NCBI RefSeq assembly: GCF_001194135.2
Contig: NC_068986.1
Span: forward strand, 64,698,712-64,748,318
Length of the DNA stretch: 49,607 nt
Direction of reading: 5' to 3'
From: Octopus bimaculoides
Taxonomy: Eukaryota
Shown here: piece by piece, positions 1 through 11,689 of the stretch
Layout of the letters: every line of letters starts with the position of its first letter
How positions within the stretch are numbered: position 1 is the stretch's first letter
Notes under the pieces: model-generated
What the model was told of the DNA's origin: nothing
Databases searched by the model: none
What the model saw: the letters and a program-made list of their open reading frames with translations, nothing else
Made by a program: the position numbers and the translations under genes

Positions 1-33
<33 letters not shown>

Positions 34-300
34 ATATAATACAGAATGGGACAAGAACGCAAAACATCCAGACAGTTAGGTGATACAAGAAAGGCACAAA
101 ACATACAGATAAACGATACAAAGAAAACACTGACGGGTCATTCGGAGTTTTCTCTCTTCGGTCGAGATCCAGATTATACTTGCAATTTCGGCTGTTTATT
201 CTCGATATTGCTCCAATCTGGCCAGCCCCAAGGAAAAACTAAGCTAAGAACATTAGATTCCTTGGAAGAAAGCAACGAATGTATACAAAAACAAGGACGG
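1..300 (-). mobile_element. PLE pseudo-LTR-like terminal fragment next to a (TA)n tract, truncated by the gap at 301-573
   Basis: The minus strand is T/C-rich, non-coding and has a degenerate hammerhead-like string (CCGAAGA-GAG AAAA CTC-CGAAT-GAC CC GTC) at 128-166. The PLE-terminus assignment is inference from resemblance. Confidence 0.35.
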
Positions 301-573
301 NNNNNNNNNNNNNNNNNNNNNNNNNNNNNNNNNNNNNNNNNNNNNNNNNNNNNNNNNNNNNNNNNNNNNNNNNNNNNNNNNNNNNNNNNNNNNNNNNNNN
401 NNNNNNNNNNNNNNNNNNNNNNNNNNNNNNNNNNNNNNNNNNNNNNNNNNNNNNNNNNNNNNNNNNNNNNNNNNNNNNNNNNNNNNNNNNNNNNNNNNNN
501 NNNNNNNNNNNNNNNNNNNNNNNNNNNNNNNNNNNNNNNNNNNNNNNNNNNNNNNNNNNNNNNNNNNNNNNNN

Positions 574-618
<45 letters not shown>

Positions 619-730
619 AATTTAAAAATATAAATAAAATATGATTTAAATATAATACATATTTCTATAAAAGTAAAAATATACATATATATACATATAA
701 GAATATACATAATATGTATATATACATATA

Positions 731-1062
731 GGCGCAGCGTGGCTGTGTGGTAAGTAGCTTGCTTCCCAACCACATGGTTCCGGATTCAGTCCCACTGCGT
801 GGCATTTTGGGCAAGTGTCTTCTACTATAGCCTCGGGCCGACCAAAGCCTTATGTGTCTGCGTTTGTTCCCCCACCATCGCTTGACAACTGATGTTGGTG
901 TGATTACGCCCCTGTAACTTAGCGGTTCGGCAAAAAGGAACCGATAGAATAAGTACTAGGTTTACATAGAATAAGTCCTGGGGTCGATTTCTTCAACTAA
1001 AGTTGGTGCTCCAGCATAGCCGCAGTCATATGACTGAAACAAATGAAAGAATGAACGAATAA
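731..1062 (+). mobile_element. tRNA-derived SINE (Octopus-type family A)
   Basis: GGCGCAG head, A-box-like TGGCTGTGTGG, B-box-like GATTCAGTCCC, and a body and GAATAAAAGAATA-type tail homologous to the copy at 12527-12921. Confidence 0.85.
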
Positions 1063-1199
1063 AAGAATATATTATTTATACTTAAATCTTATTTATATTT
1101 TCAAATCACTTCTTACATTTTTTATGTATGAATGAGCTACTCTGTGTCGTTGACTGAAATGATATTTGATCACTTTATAGAGCATTTGGGTGTCGGTTT

Positions 1200-4100
1200 G
1201 GTGTGTGGAACGGGATAGCTTACCTCATGGCCAGGTAGAAGCTCTTTAACCTTGGTTGGTAATCTACCTAGGAGAAGGAAATCTCCAATATAAAATCTGA
1301 GGCTTTGGAAGTTCCTGGTTTTGTCAAATTTCATGTCACACCGGCGAAATTCTTCTTGGGCCAATAGGTGGAGGTAGTGCAGTGCAAGCTACATCCACTG
1401 AAAATTATTCATCTGCACAAGTACTTCTTGTACACCAAATCTTAGTAAAATCATTGAATTAGTTGGTTGGCAGAAACCTAAAAATGCACTTGTAACTTAA
1501 TCTAAAATGTCTCAAAGAGATTCAGTAAATGACAAAAAAAAAAAAAAAAAGGCTTGGGAACATCAGGAGAATAGGTCTGGCTCAGCAAGTGTCCCAGTGT
1601 GTCACAGGCTGGGTCCGGTCGTCATCCTGCCACTGTGGTAAAACAACCTTCAAGAAAAAGGAAAACTAGACATCCTTTGAATTTTGGCTGTTGGAATGTG
1701 CGCACACTTCTTGATAATATTTTCAACAAGAGACCAGAAAGGCGTACTGTACTTATTGAATGTAAGCTTAAAAAATATTCCCTTGGTATAGTTGCGCTCA
1801 CTGAAACTCGTCTCTCTGGTGAGGGTCAAATAAATGACCCTACTTATGGATATACTATCTTCTGGAGATATACTATCTTCTGGAGATATACTATCTTCTG
1901 GAGATATACTATCTTCTGAGGGTCAGCGTAGAGAATATGGTGCTGGGTTTTCTCTCAAGAATTCATTAGCATCCTCCATTACAGAATTTCCAAGTGGTAT
2001 ATCGGAACAAACCATGTCATGCTTTATAAAGTTGACAAAAGGTGAGTTTCTTACTGTTGTCAGTATTTATTCACCAACAGTATCTCATTCTGATGAAGAT
2101 GTAGGACAATTTTTGACGATCTAGTACAATTATTGAGGAATGTAACAATTTCTGACAAGCTGGTCATATTGGGAGATTTCAACGCAAGAGTTGGAAATGA
2201 CTGTTTCATGGCCTATTTTAGGCCAACATGGGATTGAAAAATGTAATAAAAATGGAGTAGCTCTTTTGACGTTTTGTACTGAGAATAATCTGGTTGTTAC
2301 CAACACTTTGTTTAAGCAGAAAAATAAATATAAAACCACGTGGATGCACCCAAGATCTAAGGACTGGCATCTCAGATTATATTTTGATCAGATAGCGTGA
2401 TATGAAAGATGTTTCTAGTGTTCGGGTCATGAGAGGTGCAGAGAGCTGGACTGACCATCATCTAGTGCGCGGAAAAACAAATTTTTCGATAAGTCGACAG
2501 TGTGGCCCTAAGGTACCCAAAAAGTTAAATGTTGCCAACTTCAAATTACCAAGCAGCTTGCAAAGATTCCACGATGCTATAGAAAGTACCAATTTTGGTC
2601 CAAACAATCCATGGGAAGATTTCAAAGTAAAAATACTTCAGGCTGCAAGTTAGTCATTGGGATTTAAATCGCGTAAGTCCAGTGACTGGTTCTAAGACAT
2701 TTGTCTTAGATATTTGTCTGAAATTCATGATCTACTTTTAGAAAGCCCTTCTTTCTCAGTATTTGAACCCCAACTCAAACGAAGCTTACAGAAAGCTGAA
2801 AGGGAAAGTGCAGACTGCTCTAAGGAAAATTAAACAGGAATGGTCGAATGATAGAACAAAAGGGGCACAAGAAGCAGCTGATAGAAATGAGGAAGTGCCT
2901 CAAGACTGGATTGATGCCATTTTAGTCTCCTTGTATAAATCAGGGCCAAAGGATCAGTGTGGTAATTTTCGTGGGGTTTCGCTTTTGTCTGTGGTTGGAA
3001 AGGTACTTGCCCGCATTCTGTTAGAACGTTTAAATACCTTTATAGTTCCAAATATGGTGTCTGAGTCTCAATGTGGTTTTCACTCCTCCAAGGACACAGT
3101 TGATTGTATCTTTACTATCAGACAATTTCAGGAAAAGTGCATTGAACAAAATCTTGCCCTATACCGTTGCTGTATTGATTTGAGCAAAGCATTCGATACT
3201 GTTAATCGAAATGCTCTGTGGCTAATTCTAAGGAAAATAGATTGTCCAGAAAAATTTGTAAACATGATCAGGGCTTTGCATCAAGATATGAAGGCTAGAA
3301 TTAATTTTGGTGGTAGGCTATCTGAATTTTTGCCGTGGAAAATGGAGTAAAGTAAGGAGACCTTGATGCACTCAGCCTCTTTGCAATATACTTTGCTGCT
3401 GTGCTTTCACTCGCTTTTCAAAGTTCCGAGGAGGGTATTTACATAAAATATCGAACAACAGGGAATGCTTTTAATTTGACCAGACTGAAATTTAAAACGA
3501 AGGTTTTTATTTCACTCATTAGGGAACTCTTATACGCTGATGATTGCGATCTGGTCAGTCATTCTGAAACAGGTCTGCAATCTTTTGTATCTGATTTTGA
3601 CTCAGTTTGTGATGATTTTGGCTTGACCATCAACTTGAAAAAAAAAACGTTGTAATGTATCAACCTGCACGTAGTGTTGTTTGCTAACCCACTAAAATTT
3701 TCATTAAGGGCAATTTATTTGACTCTTTCAACTACCACGGAAGCTCTGAACAAAATGATGGAAATCTGGACACAGAAATACATCTGCGAATTCAAAGGGC
3801 AGCACAAACATTTGATGGTTTAGAGTCACGCGTTTGGCACCAACGACATATAAATAACAACACATAATTTGCTCTTTTCAAATCATTTGTCTTGCCAACC
3901 CTATTGCATTCTTCTGAAACATGGGCATGTTATGAAAGACATTTCAGATTGTTAGAATAAGTCCACCAAAAATGCCTTCATCGCATTTTAGACATTAAAC
4001 GGAGTTCTCTTACTCCAAACACAGATGTCCGTGCGTCTGTAGACGTACTTCAATTAAAGCAGTGATTCTGAAAAACCAAATGAGATGGTGTGGCAGTATT

Positions 4101-4497
4101 GTTTGAATGGCGGATGAACGCACACCCAAACAACTGTTTTATGGTGAGCTTGCAGAGGGGAAACGCTATCGGTGTAAGCCTACAAAGAGGTTTAGGACGA
4201 CATAAGGTCTACCATGAAGCCACTTGGAAATGGATCTAGAGGACATAGAAACCCTTGCTTCGGATAGAGCTGGATGGCGAACAAAAGTGTGGAGTGGAGT
4301 GAAAGCGTTTGAAAAATCCAGAATAACGCATGCACGATTAAAGAAGAATGTTGTTATCGAGAAGATGAATCACAATGACCTTTTTGTGTGCACAGTTTGT
4401 GAGAGACCATGCCTTTCTTTTGCTGGGCTCAGATCTCATTTGCGGACCCATGGAAAACGAACCTACACCAACTATTCTACCTATATGTCTGTGCACA
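1200..4497 (+). mobile_element. RTE-clade LINE, near full length but inactivated (frameshifts, stops, internal deletion)
   Basis: APE endonuclease motifs (GCWNVRTL, ALTETR, ILGDFNARVG, TTWMHPRSKDWH, SWTDHHLV); RT motifs (NFRGVSLLSVVGKV, SQCGF, IDLSKAFDTVNR, LLYADD); C-terminal CxxC..HxxxH. The 5' boundary is approximate and the 3' end runs into the gap at 4498. Confidence 0.93.
1849..1919 (+). repeat. 18-bp tandem repeat x4 (GATATACTATCTTCTGGA) inside the LINE endonuclease domain
   Basis: Directly visible; translates as YTIFWR repeated. Confidence 0.95.
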
Positions 4498-4996
4498 NNN
4501 NNNNNNNNNNNNNNNNNNNNNNNNNNNNNNNNNNNNNNNNNNNNNNNNNNNNNNNNNNNNNNNNNNNNNNNNNNNNNNNNNNNNNNNNNNNNNNNNNNNN
4601 NNNNNNNNNNNNNNNNNNNNNNNNNNNNNNNNNNNNNNNNNNNNNNNNNNNNNNNNNNNNNNNNNNNNNNNNNNNNNNNNNNNNNNNNNNNNNNNNNNNN
4701 NNNNNNNNNNNNNNNNNNNNNNNNNNNNNNNNNNNNNNNNNNNNNNNNNNNNNNNNNNNNATATATATAATATATATATATATACAGAGAGAGAAAGAGA
4801 GAGATATAGATATACGAGCAGATAAACAGATAAACATATACGTATACACATACACACACACATATATATATATTTGTATGTATGCACGTGCGTGTGTGTG
4901 TATATATGTCTATAAAACAAACCATCTAATGCAGTCTATCGTCCTATGCCGTCCTTAATATTTTGGTAGGCTCTTAGAGATTAATAAAGAAAACAT

Positions 4997-5225
4997 TGTT
5001 ATCATTATCATCATCACATTTCTCAGACTGACTGTATATTGATATCATTTGATTAGGAGCGGGTCATAACTAATGACATTGACATAACTCTTCTCAAAAT
5101 CTTGGCTATTCCAAGCAATGATGTTTTCTGGAGCATCTAGGTATTGATAGTGAGTCCAAGTTTGCCAAGCCATTTCTCAAATTGGCTTGTCACGATTCTA
5201 AGTACCTATGTCACAATAGGTTTAT
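4997..5225 (-). mobile_element. R4/Dong-clade LINE 3' end fragment
   Basis: The minus strand translates NLRKWLGKLGLTINT*MLQKTSLLGIAKILRRV, the typical C-terminus after the restriction-like endonuclease. It is followed by a (TGA)-rich tail (ATC/ATT on +). Confidence 0.7.
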
Positions 5226-5233
5226 CGTTCACA

Positions 5234-5452
5234 AAGCGGCAAGCTCGTAAAATCGTTAGCGTCTTAGATAAAATATTCGCGGCATTTCTTTAGGCGGTCA
5301 CGTTCAGAGTTCAAATTCTATCGAGGCCAACTTTACTGTTCATCCTTTCAAGGCCGATAAAATAAATTCTCAGTCTCGTACTAGGATGATGCTACCGACT
5401 AGTCCCTCACTCCAAATTGTTGAGCTTCTACTAAACTTAGAAACCAATATTG
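5234..5452 (+). mobile_element. Degenerate tRNA-derived SINE (family B)
   Basis: B-box-like GAGTTCAAATTC and a GATAAAATAAA..GTACT body homologous to 9630-9818. Confidence 0.7.
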
Positions 5453-6159
5453 TTACTATTTTTATTGGTTTGGCTGTTGTTGAACAAAAGATCCAATCGT
5501 CAGAGTGTGCGACGTTACTTATAAGCCATTTTCATTTTTCTCCCACAAAGAATATCCTTCAGAAAAACATAAATTTCACATACTGCTATAAATATGTGGA
5601 AATACTGCCTTACCGACGTGAGAGTTTTGTATTTGCAAGAGTAAAGTGAAATAGGGTCGTTTCAGTCGACTATGAACAAAGTCCAAACAAAAAAAAAATG
5701 CTTATTTGAAAAAAAAATCGATATGATGAAAGAACAATTAAATATAATGGAAGAATAATGTGAAATAGAGTTTGTGTTAAAATGACATATTTGATTAAAA
5801 ATGCATCACGTGCACATGAATTAGAACAGAAACCTTGGCTATTACATCTGTCTTGTAAACATCCAGCCTCCACCATAAACTCTATAATTTATTCCCTAAC
5901 CTTTTAGACAAGCCTCACAGAAGTTTGCTATAAATTTGAGTTTGAAAATATCAACAAATGTCAGTGTACAAGATATTAACTCTCACCATTGAAAAGAAGC
6001 GTTCTTTTTTTTTTTTTTCGTTTTCTATTTATTCTTTATTTCTTTGCTGGAAATCGTTGCAATTTGCATAAACCATTTGTAGATAACGGCAAAATTGAAT
6101 GAATATTGAAACTGTTTATTTGTTGATTTTTCGCCTCGATATGAAGTATGCTTTAATGT

Positions 6160-6282
6160 ATGTATGTATGTATGTGTGTATGTGTGTGTTTGCAAGCAAA
6201 TATGTTAGTATATATATGTGGACGTGTATGTGTATATATGTATGTATGCATGCAAATGTATTTTAGTGTGTGTGTGTATGTA

Positions 6283-6325
<43 letters not shown>
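6160..6325 (+). repeat. (TG)n/(TATG)n compound microsatellite
   Basis: Directly visible. Confidence 0.95.
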
Positions 6326-6326
<1 letters not shown>

Positions 6327-6499
6327 TGTTGTGTGTAATAAGATGCCAAATGATAAAATATATTAGATACATACTATTAGTGCTTAGGTTGAATTTCTGC
6401 CTAAAGTCCAGTTTTAAGTGCAGAGAAGTGATGCATGCACAAATGAAGATTGGTTGCCGGCAACATCTCGATCGAGGTGGGTTTAACTGAGGGAAGGCA

Positions 6500-6970
6500 T
6501 AAACAAAACAAAACAGGAAAGGACTTGAATGCTTTTGATCATAAGTCTGCTGTATCGGGGCTGTTCTAGGGCTTAACAGTAACCAATATACGTCACCACA
6601 CTACATCATTGCCCTTAAGCCAACGAAGAAACCTCGTTGAGTTTGCTTTACCTGATAGAAATAGCGAATAAATCTTAAGTATCCGAAAAACAAAGTTGAG
6701 ACGGTCATAGCTGGAGTATAGATCTTTTCAGTTAAAGTTAAGATGGGTCTAAACATCAACCAAACCACCAGTGAGGGAACTTTAATGTGATCACTCGATC
6801 TGTTAGAAATAACAGCCTAATGTCCCCTAAATTATATTACCACACTTGTAGAAAAGGATACAATGAATAAGGTGGTCCTGAATTTTTTTTTTACATAGGA
6901 TAAAGACGGGTTGCTCACAGCTAGAATACTTGTGATCAAAGGTCAGATCGATCAGAGCTGACATGTGGCA
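6500..6970 (+). mobile_element. Degenerate copies of an unassigned interspersed repeat (SINE-tail-like)
   Basis: Shared motifs (CTCGATCTG.TAGAAATAACAGC, GCTGGAATGC.TTTGATCA, GATCAG.GCTGAC) recur at 10230-10450 (-), 21700-21880 (+) and 21990-22250 (-). Confidence 0.5.
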
Positions 6971-7094
6971 AACATATACAAGTTTCGTCTAACTTCCTAC
7001 ACATATTAAATTTGCTTGATCACAGCAAATCAAGATGTAAAAAATGACTGGCTAGACCAGCGATGAGGAGTGGCATGTTGTAATACATTTTACT

Positions 7095-7227
7095 TACTCG
7101 TGTATAAGTCGCACTCCGAATTTAACGTCAGATCTTATTACAATTTTTTTTTCTTTCATGTATAATTTCCACCGTTTTTTTGCCAGTAAAAAATCAAGTA
7201 TAAAATAATGCATCTTTTCCACGAGTA
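7095..7227. mobile_element. Small MITE with pogo/Tc2-like termini
   Basis: Imperfect terminal inverted repeats TACTCGTGTATAAGTCGCA (7095) and TGCATCTTTTCCACGAGTA (to 7227). Confidence 0.5.
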
Positions 7228-8162
7228 AAAACAATATAGTCAGTGTGTCCCATAACTCTGAGGCAACAGTACAAGTCAGGTCTCAGGCTTGAGAATAACT
7301 GCTCCCCTTTATTTCAGTTCTCTTGGAGGTACTGAAAAACATAAGGAGTCATCGGATTTGCCCTCCCCATTTTGATTAAATGGTAGAAAAAGACACATGA
7401 CCAATTATCTTACCTAAGTTTATTTTATCCATACCATCTTGAATTAGAGAATAACTTTCGTTCATCCCACCTGTTTCCGAGGCACTAAGAAAATAAAGTG
7501 CTGTGAGATCTGCTCTTTCTCTCTTGATTAATTAGTGTAAAAGGAAAAAAAAGAAAAGAAAGGAATCAAGAGCATATAAATTTTATCGACCTTTTTTTAA
7601 AATTTTTATCCAGTCCAGGTGGATGAATATGTAAAGTTAGTCTCAGAGATAGAACTCAGAATCGAACCATGAATAGTGAGAAAGTAAATGCACCTAATCA
7701 TACAATACAGTTTGTATTTGGTTTTAGACAATTTTTTTCCTTCTCAAATTATCGACGCCAACGTATATCTGGATGAAAGCCAGTATTATCCTCTTTAGAT
7801 ATGAGGTTATTTCCGACTGTTGTTGTTTTTATTATTTGATAAATATATAATTTTCCTACCACCAGAAGCTTCCTTGCAGACATTACTGATAGTATTCCAA
7901 CATGAACTAAATGTTAACCCCCACTACTACCTTTATAAAGCGATTAGTATTTCCCACTCAGTGTTGTAGACAGGTGTTATGTTTATTTTTCAACAGCTTT
8001 TAGCAAATTACAGAGCAAAAATTGTTTGTGTGTTTTGCTAAACTAAAGTATAAGTTGTATTATGATAACTTTGACGAATTTATGATCATAGGATATCTCT
8101 CCTGTGCAAACCCTCAAGCTAAGAATTAATGACATCAAAGGGTTAGATGCAATTTCTGTTAT

Positions 8163-8175
8163 TACCACCAGCACC

Positions 8176-8233
<58 letters not shown>

Positions 8234-8250
8234 ATAATAATAATAATAAT
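8163..8250 (+). repeat. (ACC)/(ACT)n/(AAT)n compound trinucleotide microsatellite
   Basis: Directly visible. Confidence 0.95.
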
Positions 8251-8259
8251 TTGTATTAT

Positions 8260-8777
8260 TGGATCTTTTTTAAAACGGGGGCCACATTTTTCATTAATGT
8301 TTTACGTAGTGTTTTTGGTACCGAAAGACTTTCAAACTTCGTATACTTATCTATTTTGTGTTNNNNNNNNNNNNNNNNNNNNNNNNNNNNNNNNNNNNNN
8401 NNNNNNNNNNNNNNNNNNNNNNNNNNNNNNNNNNNNNNNNNNNNNNNNNNNNNNNNNNNNNNNNNNNNNNNNNNNNNNNNNNNNNNNNNNNNNNNNNNNN
8501 NNNNNNNNNNNNNNNNNNNNNNNNNNNNNNNNNNNNNNNNNNNNNNNNNNNNNNNNNNNNNNNNNNNNNNNNNNNNNNNNNNNNNNNNNNNNNNNNNNNN
8601 NNNNNNNNNNNNNNNNNNNNNNNNNNNNNNNNNNNNNNNNNNCGTTTGTTTATGTAGTCGGCACTTAATGTATATCGGCTGAGAAAAAGATGTTTTATAT
8701 GACACATTCTACCAGTGTTCCAAGTTTCAAAGTGTTTCGTTAATGAAAAATGTGGCCCCCGTTTTAAAAAAGATCCG
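8260..8777. mobile_element. MITE with ~36-bp terminal inverted repeats, internal gap 8363-8642
   Basis: GGATCTTTTTTAAAACGGGGCCACATTTTTCATTAA at 8261 and its reverse complement (one extra C) ending at 8776. TA-rich flanks suggest the Tc1/mariner superfamily. Confidence 0.8.
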
Positions 8778-8845
8778 TATTATTATATCATCGAACGCAC
8801 GCGTCCATTTGCAAGTAAGTTTCAAATTATATTTCTGACGCGTCT

Positions 8846-8899
<54 letters not shown>

Positions 8900-8904
<5 letters not shown>

Positions 8905-9361
8905 CTTACCTATCCCCCCTCCCGCTCTGCTTCCTTCTGTTGTTCTTGCTTCTCCCCTTCTGCGCTATATATATATATATATCTTCCACCCTGTCTCTCG
9001 TCGCCCACCTTTGTTCCACTTCCTCCCTCTACCACTCCTCTCTGCTCACATGTGACTTGTGGTCACTTATCTCTTTCTCACTTCAGCCATAATAAAGGCG
9101 ATGACGAACCTACTATTTCTCCGTCCAGCTTCGTCATATCACTAGCGTTCAATATCCCATCGTGTTTGGCCCTACGGCTTTTTAATGTTGTTTTCACTGT
9201 CCAATTTTTCCTGTCTTGGTTTGTGTTTGCCACCTTGGAATCCTCTGTTTAGTGGGTTGATCCACTACTCAGGAAGAAACTGTTCTAAGAGTGCGTCCTG
9301 TCTTATCTTCGAAACGCCTAGTTTAGAATAGAGGCAGCTGATGAAGGAATGATTCCATAAG
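8900..9361 (+). mobile_element. PLE pseudo-LTR-like repeat
   Basis: The pyrimidine-rich 5' part is homologous to 43025-43170 (-). It ends with CGAAAC (9320) and CTGATGAAGG (9348) hammerhead-like words before the gap. Confidence 0.45.
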
Positions 9362-9558
9362 NNNNNNNNNNNNNNNNNNNNNNNNNNNNNNNNNNNNNNN
9401 NNNNNNNNNNNNNNNNNNNNNNNNNNNNNNNNNNNNNNNNNNNNNNNNNNNNNNNNNNNNNNNNNNNNNNNNNNNNNNNNAATATGCATCTATATACACA
9501 TGTAGATGTAGGTATGTACATATATGTATGTATACATGCATATGCTTATATATCATTT

Positions 9559-9629
<71 letters not shown>

Positions 9630-9631
<2 letters not shown>

Positions 9632-9818
9632 TAGCACGCTGGGTGGTATTTCGTCTGTCTTTACGTTCTGAGTTCAAATTCCGCCGAGGTCGACTTTCTC
9701 TTTCATCCTCCTGAGGTCGATAAATTAAGTACCAGTTGCGTACTGGGGTCAATCTAATCGACTGCCCCCCCCACTCCCCAAAATTTTGGGCCTTGTGCCT
9801 AGAGTTGAAAAGAATATT
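9630..9818 (+). mobile_element. 5'-truncated tRNA-derived SINE (family B)
   Basis: B-box GAGTTCAAATTCC, body GGTCGATAAATTAAGTACCAGT..TGGGGTCAAT, homologous to 5234-5452. Confidence 0.8.
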
Positions 9819-10229
9819 TCCCGTAGTCTGGGTGTATAACATGGATACCGTGTGGATAGACAGCCCTGTATGGATCCGTGTTGTTGATTAGATATTTGAT
9901 ATACTTAAGAAGGACACCTCTACAACAATGATATACTATAATGGATATCATCTTATAATGGCATCGATGATTATCAATTAAATTAGTAGTAATATTCATA
10001 CCATCGTTAGTATCGATTTCTTCCATTGCTACAAGACCAAATATTTCTAGAGGAGAAGAAAGGAAGTGTCATCTGAGTCGCACTCATTACATGATTTGCT
10101 CTTATTTTATTGACTCCCTCCTCGAAAGGATGAACCATGATATAGTTCTGTATGAGATTAGTACTCATAGTATATGAGGAGAGAACGAACTGGTGAAAGG
10201 TATTTTGTTCGACGCTCTCATATTTCTGC

Positions 10230-10450
10230 TGTTGCCTTTCTGGCGTTGAGCAAACCTATCATGAAATCTAGAGCAGACCCATCATGAAATGAATTCCAGC
10301 TATGATCATCACATTGTATTTTTAGGTTTAACGTATCTAAGACCACATTACCCAATGTTACTTTCTGTATAAACATTGGATGTTATTTCTAGCATATTGA
10401 ACGACCATATACAAACTCCATCTCTGTTTCGTTGAACTTAAGCCACACGA
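10230..10450 (-). mobile_element. Copy of the unassigned interspersed repeat
   Basis: Reverse complement of motifs seen at 6780-6970 and 21700-21880. Confidence 0.45.
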
Positions 10451-11299
10451 ACATGTAAGGTATTAGCTTATCTTCACAATTTTGTTCACACAGCTTATAA
10501 AGAGGGTCCATAGAAAACTATGTACCTGTGGAATATCTAATTTTCCTTCAGTTCGAATTGATTTATTGATTTTAAATATGGAAATCTTTCAACATTTTTG
10601 TCTTGTTTTCTTTATGAATCAACTTCTTAACGAGTGTGTGAAGACCAAGCTGAAGGCAACATTATCCGTATCGTATTTGAGCTAGCCTTCATGTCTCCGC
10701 ATTTCGCATGTTATACTGATGTTCCCACCATAACAAATAGTGATAAAGCACGTAAGATAAAGGAAGATATATTAATCAAACAATATCTGTTGTCAGTCGA
10801 CAAGTTAAAGCGAAGCGAAAGCTAGGAATGCTGAAAGAGTCTGCTCGAAATGGTGTTGGTGGTGGTTGCGGCGAAGCTGCGATACAGGAGAACCTCTCTT
10901 CTTTTCCACGTTTTGTCACGTTTAGTCGACCTCGCCCTTACACAATGACATTGATACAACTACCTTGTTTTACATGATAAATGATATTCACTGAAAACCT
11001 GTTGACATAACGTGCAACAATGTTACTTCATGTGATCACTTAAAAAAAGAATCAAAAAAGACATTTTTCTACTGAATCGTAGTACGTTGTACGTATAATG
11101 GTTTGCGAAAAGAGGCTTAAAGTTCAGAGCAGAGTGAGAAAGCGTGTGAGAAATATTAGGATAACGGAGACAAGAGAGGGAAAGCGAAAGACGAAAAGAG
11201 CAAGAAGAAACGTTTAAGATGCAGAAAGGGCAAAATACATGCCTATGGGAAATCCTTTTCTTTGTATTTATTAAATTTCTAACTATAAATACAAAGAAG

Positions 11300-11520
11300 G
11301 GAGTTAGAGAGAAAGGAGTGAGAGAGAGAGGAGTGAGAGAGAGAGGAGTGAGAGAGAGAAGAGTGAGAGAGAGAGGAGTAAGGGAGGGGAGTGAGAGAGA
11401 AAGGGGAGTGAGAGAGAGGTGAGTGAGAGAGGAGTGAGAGAAAGGAGTGAGAGAGAAGAGTGAGATAGAAAAGGAGTGAGAGAGGGAAGGAGTGAGAGAG
11501 AGAGAAGCAGTGAGAGAGAG
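11300..11520 (+). repeat. Polypurine minisatellite, ~13-15-bp unit (GAGAGAGAGGAGT-like)
   Basis: Directly visible tandem units. Confidence 0.9.
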
Positions 11521-11689
11521 AACAACGTGAGAAGGTGTTTTAACAAAGTCTGTTATATTATCAATCTTTCGTATCTGGAATAATTTCATAATTTAAAGAG
11601 ACATAGAAGTAACTTTTCTATTGGGTTATGTGAAGAGGAGAGTACAAAGAAATGTTTGTGCTCTCCCACCATAAATCCGATCGCACTTT

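Noticed and set aside
128-166. Hammerhead candidate on the minus strand
   Set aside because: U4 is changed to C, GAAA is GAAT, there is an extra C in stem II and no stem I. Too degenerate to claim; kept only as weak support for a PLE terminus.
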